NCBI GenBank assembly: GCA_045636865.1
Contig: JAZTYJ010000025.1
Location: forward strand, 10,679 to 74,678
Direction: 5' to 3'
DNA: 64,000 nt
From: Eubacteriales bacterium
Lineage (GTDB): Bacteria; Bacillota; Clostridia; Oscillospirales; JAAYXM01
Numbering within the stretch: position 1 is the first letter of the stretch; each line of letters opens with the position of its first letter. Below the pieces are notes generated by a model, which saw nothing but the letters and a program-made list of their open reading frames with translations, did not search any database and had not been told where the DNA came from. This document shows, in pieces, positions 48,601 to 57,243 of the stretch. The translations under genes and the position numbers were made by a program.

Positions 48601-48660
48601 GAGAAATACTATGACCTCATCCCTGAATGCAAAATTCAACGAAGGGATAAGGTCATACTT
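48601..48660. repeat. ~60-nt palindromic repeat element, copy B
   Basis: GAGAAATACTATGACCTCATCCCTGAATGCAAAATTCAACGAAGGGATAAGGTCATACTT. Confidence 0.8.
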
Positions 48661-48683
48661 ATGCAAGAAATTACGTTTTAAAA

Positions 48684-50015
48684 TTAATCGTCTGTCTCTG
48701 TAACAATGCCGAGTGCCTGAGCCATAAACCTAAGCTCAACATTCTTATGGCCGATAACAAAGCAACCGTGGTGAGAATAGAGCTTGTTTATAAATTTGTG
48801 TCCGTCCTTAACGCGAACAATACCACCGTTTCTGCAGTCTGAACCCGGATACTGTGCATATCCTTCAAGCTCTGCCTCTACAGTCAAAAGGCTCTTGAGG
48901 TTCGGATGAATCTTTACAAGTGTAACATGTCCCTTCGGGAGGTCACCGTCCACTACCATAGCATTGTCATTTACCATTGCAAGAACTTTCGGCTTAACTT
49001 CCCAACGTGAGCACATTTTTCTCGGAGCAAATCCCATATATCCGCAATGAACGAGAAGCATTGTGTCTTCAGGATTCGGAACATCCGGGAATGATGTTAT
49101 TCTCTCATGCTTGAGAGCCGCCATACCGATAAGAACCGGATAAATATTTGTCATCATTACATCCTGCTTCAATGCCCGGTTGACGATATACTGTGTAAAC
49201 ATTGTCATTGTATCTGCTTCGCAGGCCCATAATGTATCATCATCTTCATACATAAGGTTATATGCAAGGCAGGGTGTTGTGTCGATGTAAATAGATTCGT
49301 TGAGGCAGTTTACTGCAATGCACTTTATGTTTTTGTCCTCGTCAGCTGCTTCTCTTAAAACCATATAAAGCTTTACTGCTGAACGAAGTTGCTTTTCGTT
49401 GAGCTGTGTGTAGTTGATTTTCTTCTGCTCAATTACTGCATCAACTTCATTGTCCGGAATTGACATTGCACGTTTTGCAAGCTCTTTGTAGCTTCTGACT
49501 TCAATGGTAATGCCGAAGTGCTCCTTAAGGTCGTTCATCCAGCTTTCTTCCCACCAATAGAAGCGCTTGTTGATTTCAGGCTGCTGTGTAATTACCGGAA
49601 CGCCGGGGTTATCCTGATAAACAACAAATTTTGCAGTTTTCATTTCGCGTCTGAGCGCTAATGCGCGAAGTGCTATGCGAGTATACTCAAGCTTATACGG
49701 TGTGATGAGCTCGACATCATGCGAACGAAGAAATGCTATCATTTCCCAGTCCCACATATTTACTGTTCCGAACTCAGATGTAACAATCATAATCGGTTTA
49801 TTGATAGCCCTGAATTTGTCGAGGCTACGATATGCAACGCCCATGAGAACCGGGAAAAGAACGCCGTCACAATCCTCAGGAATTTCAGTTCCCAATTCTA
49901 CCGGAGACAAAAACTCCGCTTCCTCTCCAACGAGCCCCTCAAGGCTTTTGATCTGCGCCTCAAACTCTTCATCTTTATAACCAGGGAAATAAATCGGTAC
50001 TATTCTTGCTTTCAT
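48684..50015 (-). CDS. putative sugar isomerase (FucI/AraA-like fold), uncertain
   Basis: 443 aa cytosolic protein divergent from an AraC regulator. Weak resemblance to the L-fucose/L-arabinose isomerase family. Confidence 0.3.
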   Translation of the reverse strand: MKARIVPIYFPGYKDEEFEAQIKSLEGLVGEEAEFLSPVELGTEIPEDCDGVLFPVLMGVAYRSLDKFRAINKPIMIVTSEFGTVNMWDWEMIAFLRSHDVELITPYKLEYTRIALRALALRREMKTAKFVVYQDNPGVPVITQQPEINKRFYWWEESWMNDLKEHFGITIEVRSYKELAKRAMSIPDNEVDAVIEQKKINYTQLNEKQLRSAVKLYMVLREAADEDKNIKCIAVNCLNESIYIDTTPCLAYNLMYEDDDTLWACEADTMTMFTQYIVNRALKQDVMMTNIYPVLIGMAALKHERITSFPDVPNPEDTMLLVHCGYMGFAPRKMCSRWEVKPKVLAMVNDNAMVVDGDLPKGHVTLVKIHPNLKSLLTVEAELEGYAQYPGSDCRNGGIVRVKDGHKFINKLYSHHGCFVIGHKNVELRFMAQALGIVTETDD

Positions 50016-50146
50016 ATTTCACGCTTCCTTCCTTAATTATTTTGAATTAAGCCGTCTCTCTGGAAAAAGTATAGCATATTTAAGATGTCTGTGATATAAT
50101 AAATGAAACAAAAAATATCAAGTTTTTACGATTTGGGTGAATTTGG

Positions 50147-51025
50147 ATGAATACGTTTCTTGAGCAGCCTTTTACGATAGACGGTATTAAAAGCCAGATA
50201 CATTGTCTCGACAGAAAAATGAAACCGTCGGATAATTACATTCAGGAAAACCACAATTATCATTATCACGATTATATAGAGCTTCTTTTTTCTTTGGATT
50301 CCGAAGCAGTTGTCTGGATAAACCAGGAAAGCTTCAATTTCACAAACGGTGATATGCTGATTGTAAATTCAAACGAGCCTCATCGCTTGTCCTTCCTCGG
50401 TCCGTCACACTATATAGTCGTTAAAATCGCACCGGAACTTCTTTATTCCGACGGAAACTCTCTTTTTTTATCCAAATATCTCCTTCCGTTTTTAAAAGAA
50501 AATCCATATAAGCAAACTTTCAAAAGCGAAAATTTTAGAAACCTCGACTTATCAAGCTGTTTTGAAGGCATAATGAAGGAATGGAACGAAAAAAAGCCCG
50601 CTTACGAGCTTGCGATATATTCAATTATTTTGAGAATCTTCACCGAGGTTTTCAGGCACCATTCCCTGAACAACCCCGCATCACTTAAAATCAATATAAG
50701 CGAGCGTTTAAGGCACACACTTGTATATATATCAGAAAATTTTGACACCATAACAGAGAAAGATGCAGCAAACTACTGCAACTACAGTTGTAATTATTTC
50801 TCTCACGTTTTCAAAAAGACTTTCGGCAAAAATTTCCATGATTATATAACTGCCCTGCGGCTGAGCGAGGCTGAAAAGAAGCTCATTTCTTCTGATTGTG
50901 ACATTACAGAAATTGCGCTTTCTTCAGGTTTTTCTTCGGCAAGTCATTTTATTTCTCAATTTAAGAAAACGCGCGGTATTACGCCTTACCAATTCAGAAA
51001 GAAATACATCAGCTCCTCTTTTTAA
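50147..51025 (+). CDS. AraC-family transcriptional regulator (cupin sensor + HTH)
   Basis: C-terminus ITEIALSSGFSSASHFISQFKKTRGITPYQFRKK. N-terminal cupin-like domain (HYHDYIELLF). Confidence 0.85.
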   Translation: MNTFLEQPFTIDGIKSQIHCLDRKMKPSDNYIQENHNYHYHDYIELLFSLDSEAVVWINQESFNFTNGDMLIVNSNEPHRLSFLGPSHYIVVKIAPELLYSDGNSLFLSKYLLPFLKENPYKQTFKSENFRNLDLSSCFEGIMKEWNEKKPAYELAIYSIILRIFTEVFRHHSLNNPASLKINISERLRHTLVYISENFDTITEKDAANYCNYSCNYFSHVFKKTFGKNFHDYITALRLSEAEKKLISSDCDITEIALSSGFSSASHFISQFKKTRGITPYQFRKKYISSSF

Positions 51026-51260
51026 AATTCACCCACACGCCTTCAACTATCGGATAAAAGGATATGACTTTGTGTCAGTGCGCAAACACAGAAGCATAGT
51101 GTTTTCAGAGTGGTCGTTGTTTTCACGAAAAAACGCGCTTTATTCTGTTGCACATATCCTCAAAAGCTGTTATGATTATTGTAACGAACGGAGTTGCATA
51201 ATCCATTATGTAAACGGATAATATTCTTACTGTATCTTTAATTGCATATGAGGTTGTAAA

Positions 51261-51596
51261 ATGAACAATAAAAACAAATTTGTATTATCAATTATCGGAG
51301 TAGTTGTGAGCATTGCATTGCTCGTTATAATCGCGATACTCGCAGAAGAATCGGTGATAAGGGAAACTTCTGCAATCGTGCTCATCGTTATTTCTGAAAT
51401 TCTGCTTTTAGTTGCAGTTTTCTTTGCCGCAAAGGTTGACTATGAAACAGGCGTTTACGAATGCAGGAACTGCCATCATATATTCAAGCCAAAATTCATG
51501 GCATATTTGCTTGGTCCGCACAGCTTGACAACAAGATCTCTCAAATGCCCCGAATGCGGCAAATCAACCTGGTGCAAGAGAAGAAGTGCTAAGTAA
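51261..51596 (+). CDS. small membrane protein with C-terminal zinc ribbon
   Basis: Two TM helices, then CRNCHH...CPECG. Confidence 0.45.
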   Translation: MNNKNKFVLSIIGVVVSIALLVIIAILAEESVIRETSAIVLIVISEILLLVAVFFAAKVDYETGVYECRNCHHIFKPKFMAYLLGPHSLTTRSLKCPECGKSTWCKRRSAK

Positions 51597-51708
51597 GGAG
51601 ATAATTGGTATAGTCTAAAAATAATTCGCGAAATTTACAAAGTACAATATGAGGTGAATTAAATGAAAATAAGTTTTGATAAAAATAAATCTATAAGGAG
51701 TTGCAACT

Positions 51709-51897
51709 ATGGCAAAAAGTAAGTGGGTAGCGTTTTTCTTGTGTTTATTTCTCGGATATTTAGGAATACATAAATTTTACGAGGGCAGAGTTTTACTTGG
51801 GATTGTATATCTATGCACATGCGGTCTTTTCGGAATAGGCATAATTTTTGACCTGATTTCGTTATTCTTCAAACCGAATCCATATTATCCGGGATAA
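51709..51897 (+). CDS. TM2-domain small membrane protein
   Basis: KWVAFFLCLFLGYLGIHKFYEGR..GI.YL.TCGLFGIG is a typical TM2 signature. Confidence 0.6.
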   Translation: MAKSKWVAFFLCLFLGYLGIHKFYEGRVLLGIVYLCTCGLFGIGIIFDLISLFFKPNPYYPG

Positions 51898-51937
51898 AAC
51901 TGCAAACGCAAAACAAGTGCCAAAACATCCAAATTTC

Positions 51938-51969
51938 AAAAGCCTTGAAGCTTTCGCTTCAAGGCTTTT
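51938..51969. terminator. bidirectional terminator hairpin (repeat family copy 1)
   Basis: AAAAGCCTTGAAGC-tttc-GCTTCAAGGCTTTT. Confidence 0.75.
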
Positions 51970-51978
51970 GGTTTAATT

Positions 51979-53358
51979 TTATACTTTTTTCAAGAATATA
52001 ATCTGCTCGGGAGGTACTGTAAACACACTTCCGCGCGCGCCGCATCTTCGGTCTTCCCACTCATCCGTAAGCTCTGCTTCCCACGGTGTCTTTCCGATGT
52101 TTGAAAATACAAGGTACTGCTCTTCATTTGAGAACAAGGATGCAATAATCTCATCCGGCACTTTGGGATTTTTAAGCAACGTTGTTTCGTGAAGCTCTAT
52201 ATGCGCAACGGTATCGTCTTTTACCATAGGGAGATATAACTGCAGATACTCTCCGTATCTGTCCACCAAGTCATCCGGATCGGGAATTGATGAAAATTCA
52301 CCGTGTGTATACGGACCATTCGGATGTTCTTTTCCCCACTTTGCTGCATTTCTCCAGAACTGAACTATCGATTTTTCTCCCGGATTATTCATATCAACAT
52401 CATACCACGGAACATCAGCAGTTGTCTTATCGCGAGTTAAGCGTCTGCCGTGATTTAAGCAAGTAAACTGCATATACGGAATAGAAAGAACAAACGGATA
52501 GTCCGGACCGAATTCAGTCTGGGTCTTTCTGTCAACAAGATTTATAATGTAAGGCATATATGCTTTACCCTTAAGAAGATCTGCACTTGACCCGATATTT
52601 TCTCCGATCATCAGATAGTCATACACACGCTCTTTGCAAGGCGGATAGTAATTCTCTCCAATATGCAAAATCGCTGTTCCTCCACGACTCTTTATGCCAT
52701 GGTAAAGCTGTGAGTAAAAGTCCTCAGCATATGGGTCATACGGAAAATCCTCAGGCTGGAAACGAGTACCGTATTTTTCAAGATGCTCGCGGCTTAAACG
52801 GAACATTTCATCCGGCGCATGATCATCATAAAGTCCGTCAACACCATACTCGTCCATAACGTTCATTGCCTTGTCATAGAGATATCCGCGCCACTCAGCA
52901 CTCTCAAGACTGCAGTTACCATATTTAAAATACTGACCAGAGAGATATATCTCCTGTTTTGCAAATTCCGGTCGGAAATCGGGGTCGTAGATGTGAAAAT
53001 ATCCCGCTGATATGTACGGCAAAATCTTAAGTCCGAAGGAATGGCACATATCTATGAATTTGCGAAATCCTTTTTCATCATGTGTAGTAAATTTATCTGC
53101 GCCAAATAAGCGAATCGCATCGTTCCACTCCTCGTGAACCTTTATATATGTGATGCCGAGTTCTGAATACTTTTTGAGTGTTTCATAATCATATTCCGTA
53201 GGCTCTATTGAGAACTTAAGCGGATATTCCCCCAAAAAGTACGACACATTTCCGGGATGATAATCGTAAATACGATGTTCATACAGACAATCTTTTACCG
53301 CTTCTCGTGCATGTTTCAGATTGTCCATACGTTTTCTTTGAAGTTCAACAGAAGTCAT
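51979..53358 (-). CDS. hypothetical TIM-barrel glycosidase-like protein
   Basis: Start at ATG 53358 (MTSVELQ) with AAGGAG RBS. ...GITYIKVHEEWNDAIRLFGADKF...GLKILPYISAGYF. Family uncertain. Confidence 0.35.
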   Translation of the reverse strand: MTSVELQRKRMDNLKHAREAVKDCLYEHRIYDYHPGNVSYFLGEYPLKFSIEPTEYDYETLKKYSELGITYIKVHEEWNDAIRLFGADKFTTHDEKGFRKFIDMCHSFGLKILPYISAGYFHIYDPDFRPEFAKQEIYLSGQYFKYGNCSLESAEWRGYLYDKAMNVMDEYGVDGLYDDHAPDEMFRLSREHLEKYGTRFQPEDFPYDPYAEDFYSQLYHGIKSRGGTAILHIGENYYPPCKERVYDYLMIGENIGSSADLLKGKAYMPYIINLVDRKTQTEFGPDYPFVLSIPYMQFTCLNHGRRLTRDKTTADVPWYDVDMNNPGEKSIVQFWRNAAKWGKEHPNGPYTHGEFSSIPDPDDLVDRYGEYLQLYLPMVKDDTVAHIELHETTLLKNPKVPDEIIASLFSNEEQYLVFSNIGKTPWEAELTDEWEDRRCGARGSVFTVPPEQIIFLKKV

Positions 53359-53457
53359 TTCAAAGCTCCTTTCAGCACCTTTTTTTATTCGAATTAATTC
53401 TATCACAGCACTTTCTTTTGTCAATAAAAAATCCCTCTTCACTCCGCACAGAATACA

Positions 53458-53488
53458 TAAAAGCCTTGAAGCTTTCGCTTCAAGGCCT
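53458..53488. terminator. hairpin nearly identical to 51938-51969 (repeat family copy 2)
   Basis: AAAAGCCTTGAAGC-tttc-GCTTCAAGGCCTT. Confidence 0.6.
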
Positions 53489-53586
53489 TTATGTTATTCT
53501 TCTGATATTTTAAACATCTTCTTAAGTATTCCGACCATTGATTTTGGTGCTTTGACAACTACTACCTTCATTCTGCGACACCTCCG

Positions 53587-53733
53587 TCATATAAGTATCA
53601 GCACGCCTATCGTAATAAGCAGGACGCACAATACAAACACAAGAAAGCTCGACGGAAATACTACTCCGCAAAGAATGCCTGCGGCTATTGCAATTGCACA
53701 CAGGATATATCCACCGCCGCTTTTTCTGCACAT
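53587..53733 (-). CDS. possible 48-aa two-TM membrane peptide (below ORF-track size cut-off)
   Basis: Own translation: MCRKSGGGYILCAIAIAAGILCGVVFPSSFLVFVLCVLLITIGVLILI*. It is more protein-like than the overlapping 69-aa track ORF. The RBS is weak. Confidence 0.35.
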   Translation of the reverse strand: MCRKSGGGYILCAIAIAAGILCGVVFPSSFLVFVLCVLLITIGVLILI

Positions 53734-53813
53734 TGAAAATATCACCGCCTCTTTCTTTCCTTTTGCTACATTTTACGCAAAAAGAACAGAAAGGGTGAGT
53801 TGTCCGCAGTTAT

Positions 53814-55616
53814 CTATTTGTCCAAAAGCAATTTAAGCTCCGAAAGAGCTCCTGCCATATCTGCTATGACAGAACGCGCCGCATCTCCTTTTTCAAGGTC
53901 AACCCCTGCATCCTTTAGGAGCTCAAGTGGATATTTCGAGCTTCCGCCGCAAAGAAATTCCATATACTTCTTTGCCGCATCGGAAGATGAGATAACAAGA
54001 TCTTTTATCTTCGTAGCCGCGGCAAAGCCTGTTGCATACTGATAAACATAAAAACTTCTGTAAAAATGCGGAATGCGCGCCCATTCATAAGATATATTCT
54101 CATCAAGCTCACAGACTGCGCCGTAATACTTCTTATTGAGATTTCCGTACATCTCGCACAACGACTCAGCGGTAAGCGCCTCACCGTTTGCATATGCAGA
54201 GTGCGCCAGCTTCTCAAATTCCGCAAACATTGTCTGGCGGTAGAACGTTGTCCTTATCGCCTCAAGGCGTCTTCCGAGAAGGTATGCACGGCGTTTTCCC
54301 GTTGCACTTTTGAGAAGGTATTCAAGAAGCAAGTTTTCGTTAACCGTGCTTGCAACCTCGGCTACAAATATCTTATAATCGCGGTATATCGACGGTTGAA
54401 CTTTATTCGTATAGTACGAATGCATCGCGTGTCCCATCTCGTGAGCAAGCGTAAAGACATCCTCCGTCTTTCCCTGATAATTGAGAAGAACATACGGATG
54501 CACCGTCTTATCCCCCCACGAATATGCACCCGGGGTTTTTCCGCGATTTTCGTATACGTCTATCCAACCTTCAGAAAAAGCGCGTTTCATATCTTTTATA
54601 TACTCTTCCCCAAGCGGAGCAACTGCGGAAAGCACCATCTCACACGCCTCTTCATACGGGATTTCTTCATTCTCGTCGGAAACAAGCGGTGTGTATAAAT
54701 CATACATACAGAGCTTATCAAGCCCAAGGCCCTTTTTTATGAGGACAAGATAATCAGAAAGCACGGAAATGCCGTCGTTTACGTCTTTTATGAGATTGTC
54801 ATAAACACTTTCCGGAATAAAGCTTCCTGAAAGCTTCATCGCAATTGAACTTTCGTATTTTCGTGCTTTTGCATAGAAACTGTCACTCTTTACATTTGTC
54901 GAATACATCGCTGCAAAGGTGTTTTTGTATTTTTTGTACTGCTCGTACATCGCATCATACGCCGACTTGCGAAGAGTTCTGTCCGCGCTTTCGATAAAGC
55001 TTCCGTAGCGGCCGTGCGTGAGCTCGTGGAGATTTCCGTCCTTGTCCTCCACCTTTGAAAAGCTCATATCTGCATTGTTCATCGCAGAAAAAATATCGTG
55101 TGCGCCATCGCCCATATTTGATGACATCGCAAGAAGCTTTTCACTTTCAGCATCAAGAACGTGCTCCGCTTCGCGGAAGAGATTTTCAAAAAACTGTCTA
55201 TATATGGCAAGCACGCTTTCTTCTTCCATATACTCTGAAACCTTTTCTTTTCCGAGCGCAATCAACTCCGGCTCAAAAAAAGAGCACGCGCTCATAACCG
55301 CGCTCTCAAGCTCGCCTGTGCGATCGCTCATTGCGCGGTATCTAGAAACGGTGTTGTCTTCATCTCTTCTCATACAAGCATAAACGATAACCGAAAGGAG
55401 CATATCCCCCATCTCGTCAAGCTCTCTTATTGCACCAAGGAGAGATTTAGCGCAAAGTCCAATCTTCCCCTCAAATTGCGAAAAACGTTCAGCGCGCTCG
55501 CGTACGTCCGAAAACGCCTTTTCCCAAGCTTCGTCGTTTTCAAATATATCTTCAAGATGCCATTTGTATTTAGCCTCTATATCTTTTCTTTCTTTGATTT
55601 CCTGCAAAGTTTCCAC
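53814..55616 (-). CDS. pepF: oligoendopeptidase F (M3B family)
   Basis: 600 aa with HEMGHAMH zinc motif and FAEVAST.. downstream Glu. Confidence 0.85.
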   Translation of the reverse strand: METLQEIKERKDIEAKYKWHLEDIFENDEAWEKAFSDVRERAERFSQFEGKIGLCAKSLLGAIRELDEMGDMLLSVIVYACMRRDEDNTVSRYRAMSDRTGELESAVMSACSFFEPELIALGKEKVSEYMEEESVLAIYRQFFENLFREAEHVLDAESEKLLAMSSNMGDGAHDIFSAMNNADMSFSKVEDKDGNLHELTHGRYGSFIESADRTLRKSAYDAMYEQYKKYKNTFAAMYSTNVKSDSFYAKARKYESSIAMKLSGSFIPESVYDNLIKDVNDGISVLSDYLVLIKKGLGLDKLCMYDLYTPLVSDENEEIPYEEACEMVLSAVAPLGEEYIKDMKRAFSEGWIDVYENRGKTPGAYSWGDKTVHPYVLLNYQGKTEDVFTLAHEMGHAMHSYYTNKVQPSIYRDYKIFVAEVASTVNENLLLEYLLKSATGKRRAYLLGRRLEAIRTTFYRQTMFAEFEKLAHSAYANGEALTAESLCEMYGNLNKKYYGAVCELDENISYEWARIPHFYRSFYVYQYATGFAAATKIKDLVISSSDAAKKYMEFLCGGSSKYPLELLKDAGVDLEKGDAARSVIADMAGALSELKLLLDK

Positions 55617-55701
55617 TCCCTAACAAGCATAAAAATTTTTAATCACCAAATAATATTAATCATATCACACTTTGAAATAAATATGCAAGGAGTTTTGATT
55701 T

Positions 55702-56166
55702 ATGGTTTGTGTCTCGATCTTCGAAAACGAAGATTTTTCTCTTTCGCGATCTCTTCTTCAGCATATCGACTGTGCCATAATAACAAACCCGCGCAATTTC
55801 AAAACCGACGTTGCTTTGATTTCAACTACGTTTTCGAAGAAAAAACTATCAATAAAATCAGATATCGCAATAGTTCCCGACTCACTTAACAAAGACACTC
55901 TCTCTTCAATTTCGGCAAAAAGCGTAATCTCCTACGGGCTCTGCCGAAAAAACACCGTTACGGCATCAAGCCTCATCGGCTCAAAGCTCGGCATTTCACT
56001 ACAGCGAAAAATCCCGGATGTATGCGGTCATATTATTGATGAACAGGAGCTCTTTGTTGACATTGACCGCGGTATGCATACCGAAGATGCGCTTGGAGTC
56101 GTATCTGCCATGCTCGCGCTCGGAATAAATCCGGAGCATATTTCGGAAAAGTTTATCTCCTCTTAA
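55702..56166 (+). CDS. hypothetical protein (154 aa)
   Basis: AAGGAG RBS. No family recognised. Confidence 0.4.
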   Translation: MVCVSIFENEDFSLSRSLLQHIDCAIITNPRNFKTDVALISTTFSKKKLSIKSDIAIVPDSLNKDTLSSISAKSVISYGLCRKNTVTASSLIGSKLGISLQRKIPDVCGHIIDEQELFVDIDRGMHTEDALGVVSAMLALGINPEHISEKFISS

Positions 56167-56243
56167 AAGTTTCTGTGTCATATTACACTATCTTTTTTAA
56201 TATATTTTATCGATAAACTCAAATTTACTTTCAGAGGTGTAAT

Positions 56244-56852
56244 ATGGAAAATTCAACACAAAACATTCTCACTTTATGTGGAAAAGTAGACGATTACCCC
56301 GTTTTCTCGCACGAATCGCACGATATAAAGTTTTTTAGCTTTACACTGCTTACCAAGCGGCTTTCGGGCGCATTTGACAAAATCCCGGTAATAGCCAACG
56401 AAGACGTGCTCTCCAAAGCCGACATTTACCTCGACAGATTCATAAGGATAGATTCAACGCTTCGCTCCTTTAACAAAAAAAGTGCAAACGGAAACAAGCT
56501 CATCATTTCCGCTCTTGCAAAAGAAATTATTGAATGTGACGCAGAAGAGTATGAAAACACGCTTGAGCTTACGGGAACGGTGTGCAAAACCCCGACTTAC
56601 CGCAAAACACCCTTGGGGCGCGAAATCTGCGATCTTATGCTTGCAACAAACAGAAAGTACGGTCGTTCCGATTATCTTCCTCTTATTTTGTGGGGGCAGA
56701 ACGCGCGTCGTGCTGCTGATCTCTGCACCGGACATATGATAAACCTTCTCGGCCGTCTTCAGAGTCGCGAATACATAAAGGTCATCGACGGAACTGAAAG
56801 CATCCGCACAACGTACGAGGTATCAGTCTCCGCATTTGAAAAGATTATGTAA
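56244..56852 (+). CDS. SSB/PriB-like protein with two OB-fold-like halves
   Basis: The second half LELTGTVCKTPTYRKTPLGREICDLMLATNR...LPLILWGQNARRA...INLLGRLQSREY resembles the single-stranded DNA-binding OB fold. The first half repeats the LTLCGKV... pattern. Confidence 0.45.
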   Translation: MENSTQNILTLCGKVDDYPVFSHESHDIKFFSFTLLTKRLSGAFDKIPVIANEDVLSKADIYLDRFIRIDSTLRSFNKKSANGNKLIISALAKEIIECDAEEYENTLELTGTVCKTPTYRKTPLGREICDLMLATNRKYGRSDYLPLILWGQNARRAADLCTGHMINLLGRLQSREYIKVIDGTESIRTTYEVSVSAFEKIM

Positions 56853-56939
56853 TGGGCGGGCATCTCTTTAATGAAATCAAATATTCCCATCTTATCCGTT
56901 ATTCAAAGTTATCATATGTATAATTAAGTCAAACAAAAA

Positions 56940-56973
56940 CCATCAGTTGCAAGTTTTACAACTGATGGTTTTT
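56940..56973. terminator. bidirectional terminator
   Basis: CCATCAGTTG-n9-CAACTGATGG flanked by A5/T5 runs. Confidence 0.7.
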
Positions 56974-57170
56974 GGCTCCCCCTGTTGGACTTGAACCAAC
57001 GTCCTGTTGCGGTGCCCGACGATTCGGCTCATCCGAGCCTCACTTGTCGACCGCTGCCACTCCTTTTTCCTCGCTTCATCGCCCACCGGGCGCGCTCGGA
57101 AACGTCCCCCTGCGGGTTTGCTTTGCAAACTGAATTAACCGCAGAGTCGTTCGTTGGCAAGGTCAAAACA
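56973..57170 (-). ncRNA. unclassified GC-rich structured RNA candidate with tRNA-like 3' module
   Basis: ~200 nt with no credible ORF, bracketed by two terminators and much more GC-rich than its flanks. Nested helices: CTGCGG..CCGCAG, GCGCCC-ggt-GGGCG, GCGGTCGAC..GGCTC-ggat-GAGCC..GTCGGGCACCGC. The minus-strand 3' end is GTTGG-TTCAAGT-CCAAC-AGGGGGA-G-CCA, i.e. T-arm-like plus acceptor-like plus CCA. Confidence 0.4.
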
Positions 57171-57175
57171 AACAA

Positions 57176-57213
57176 TAAAAAACAAGGTGCACGATTGTGT
57201 ACCTTGTTTTTTT
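57176..57213. terminator. bidirectional terminator after the aldehyde dehydrogenase gene
   Basis: 11-bp stem ACAAGGTGCAC-gatt-GTGTACCTTGT flanked by A and T runs. Confidence 0.75.
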
Positions 57214-57238
57214 GGAAGAACCGAACGGTTTAGATGCC
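57214..57238 (+). repeat. 25-nt repeat, copy 1
   Basis: GGAAGAACCGAACGGTTTAGATGCC matches 60699-60723 at 23/25 positions. Each copy immediately follows a terminator hairpin. Confidence 0.7.
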
Positions 57239-57243
57239 GTTCA

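Noticed and set aside
57214-57238. The 25-nt GGAAGA... repeats as the 5' ends of tRNA-Sec (selC begins GGAAGAT) or as tRNA 3' ends on the opposite strand.
   Set aside because: No cloverleaf can be built. There is no T-arm with a 7-nt TTCRA loop (the loop would be CATCTAAA), no anticodon arm, and no matching acceptor strand.
56973-57243. tmRNA (ssrA) hypothesis for the structured region, prompted by the T-arm/CCA 3' end and a stop codon sitting in a hairpin loop (CTGCGG-TTAATTCAG..CCGCAG).
   Set aside because: - The acceptor 3' strand is purine-rich (AGGGGGA-G-CCA), so the 5' end would have to be UCCCCCU rather than GGGG with a G3:U70 pair.
- No GGGG...TTCGAC 5' domain exists before the ALDH gene.
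- Only ~200-270 nt are available.
- The possible tag (..ANERLCG) does not end in the usual hydrophobic (L/V)AA.

The region is kept only as an unclassified RNA candidate.
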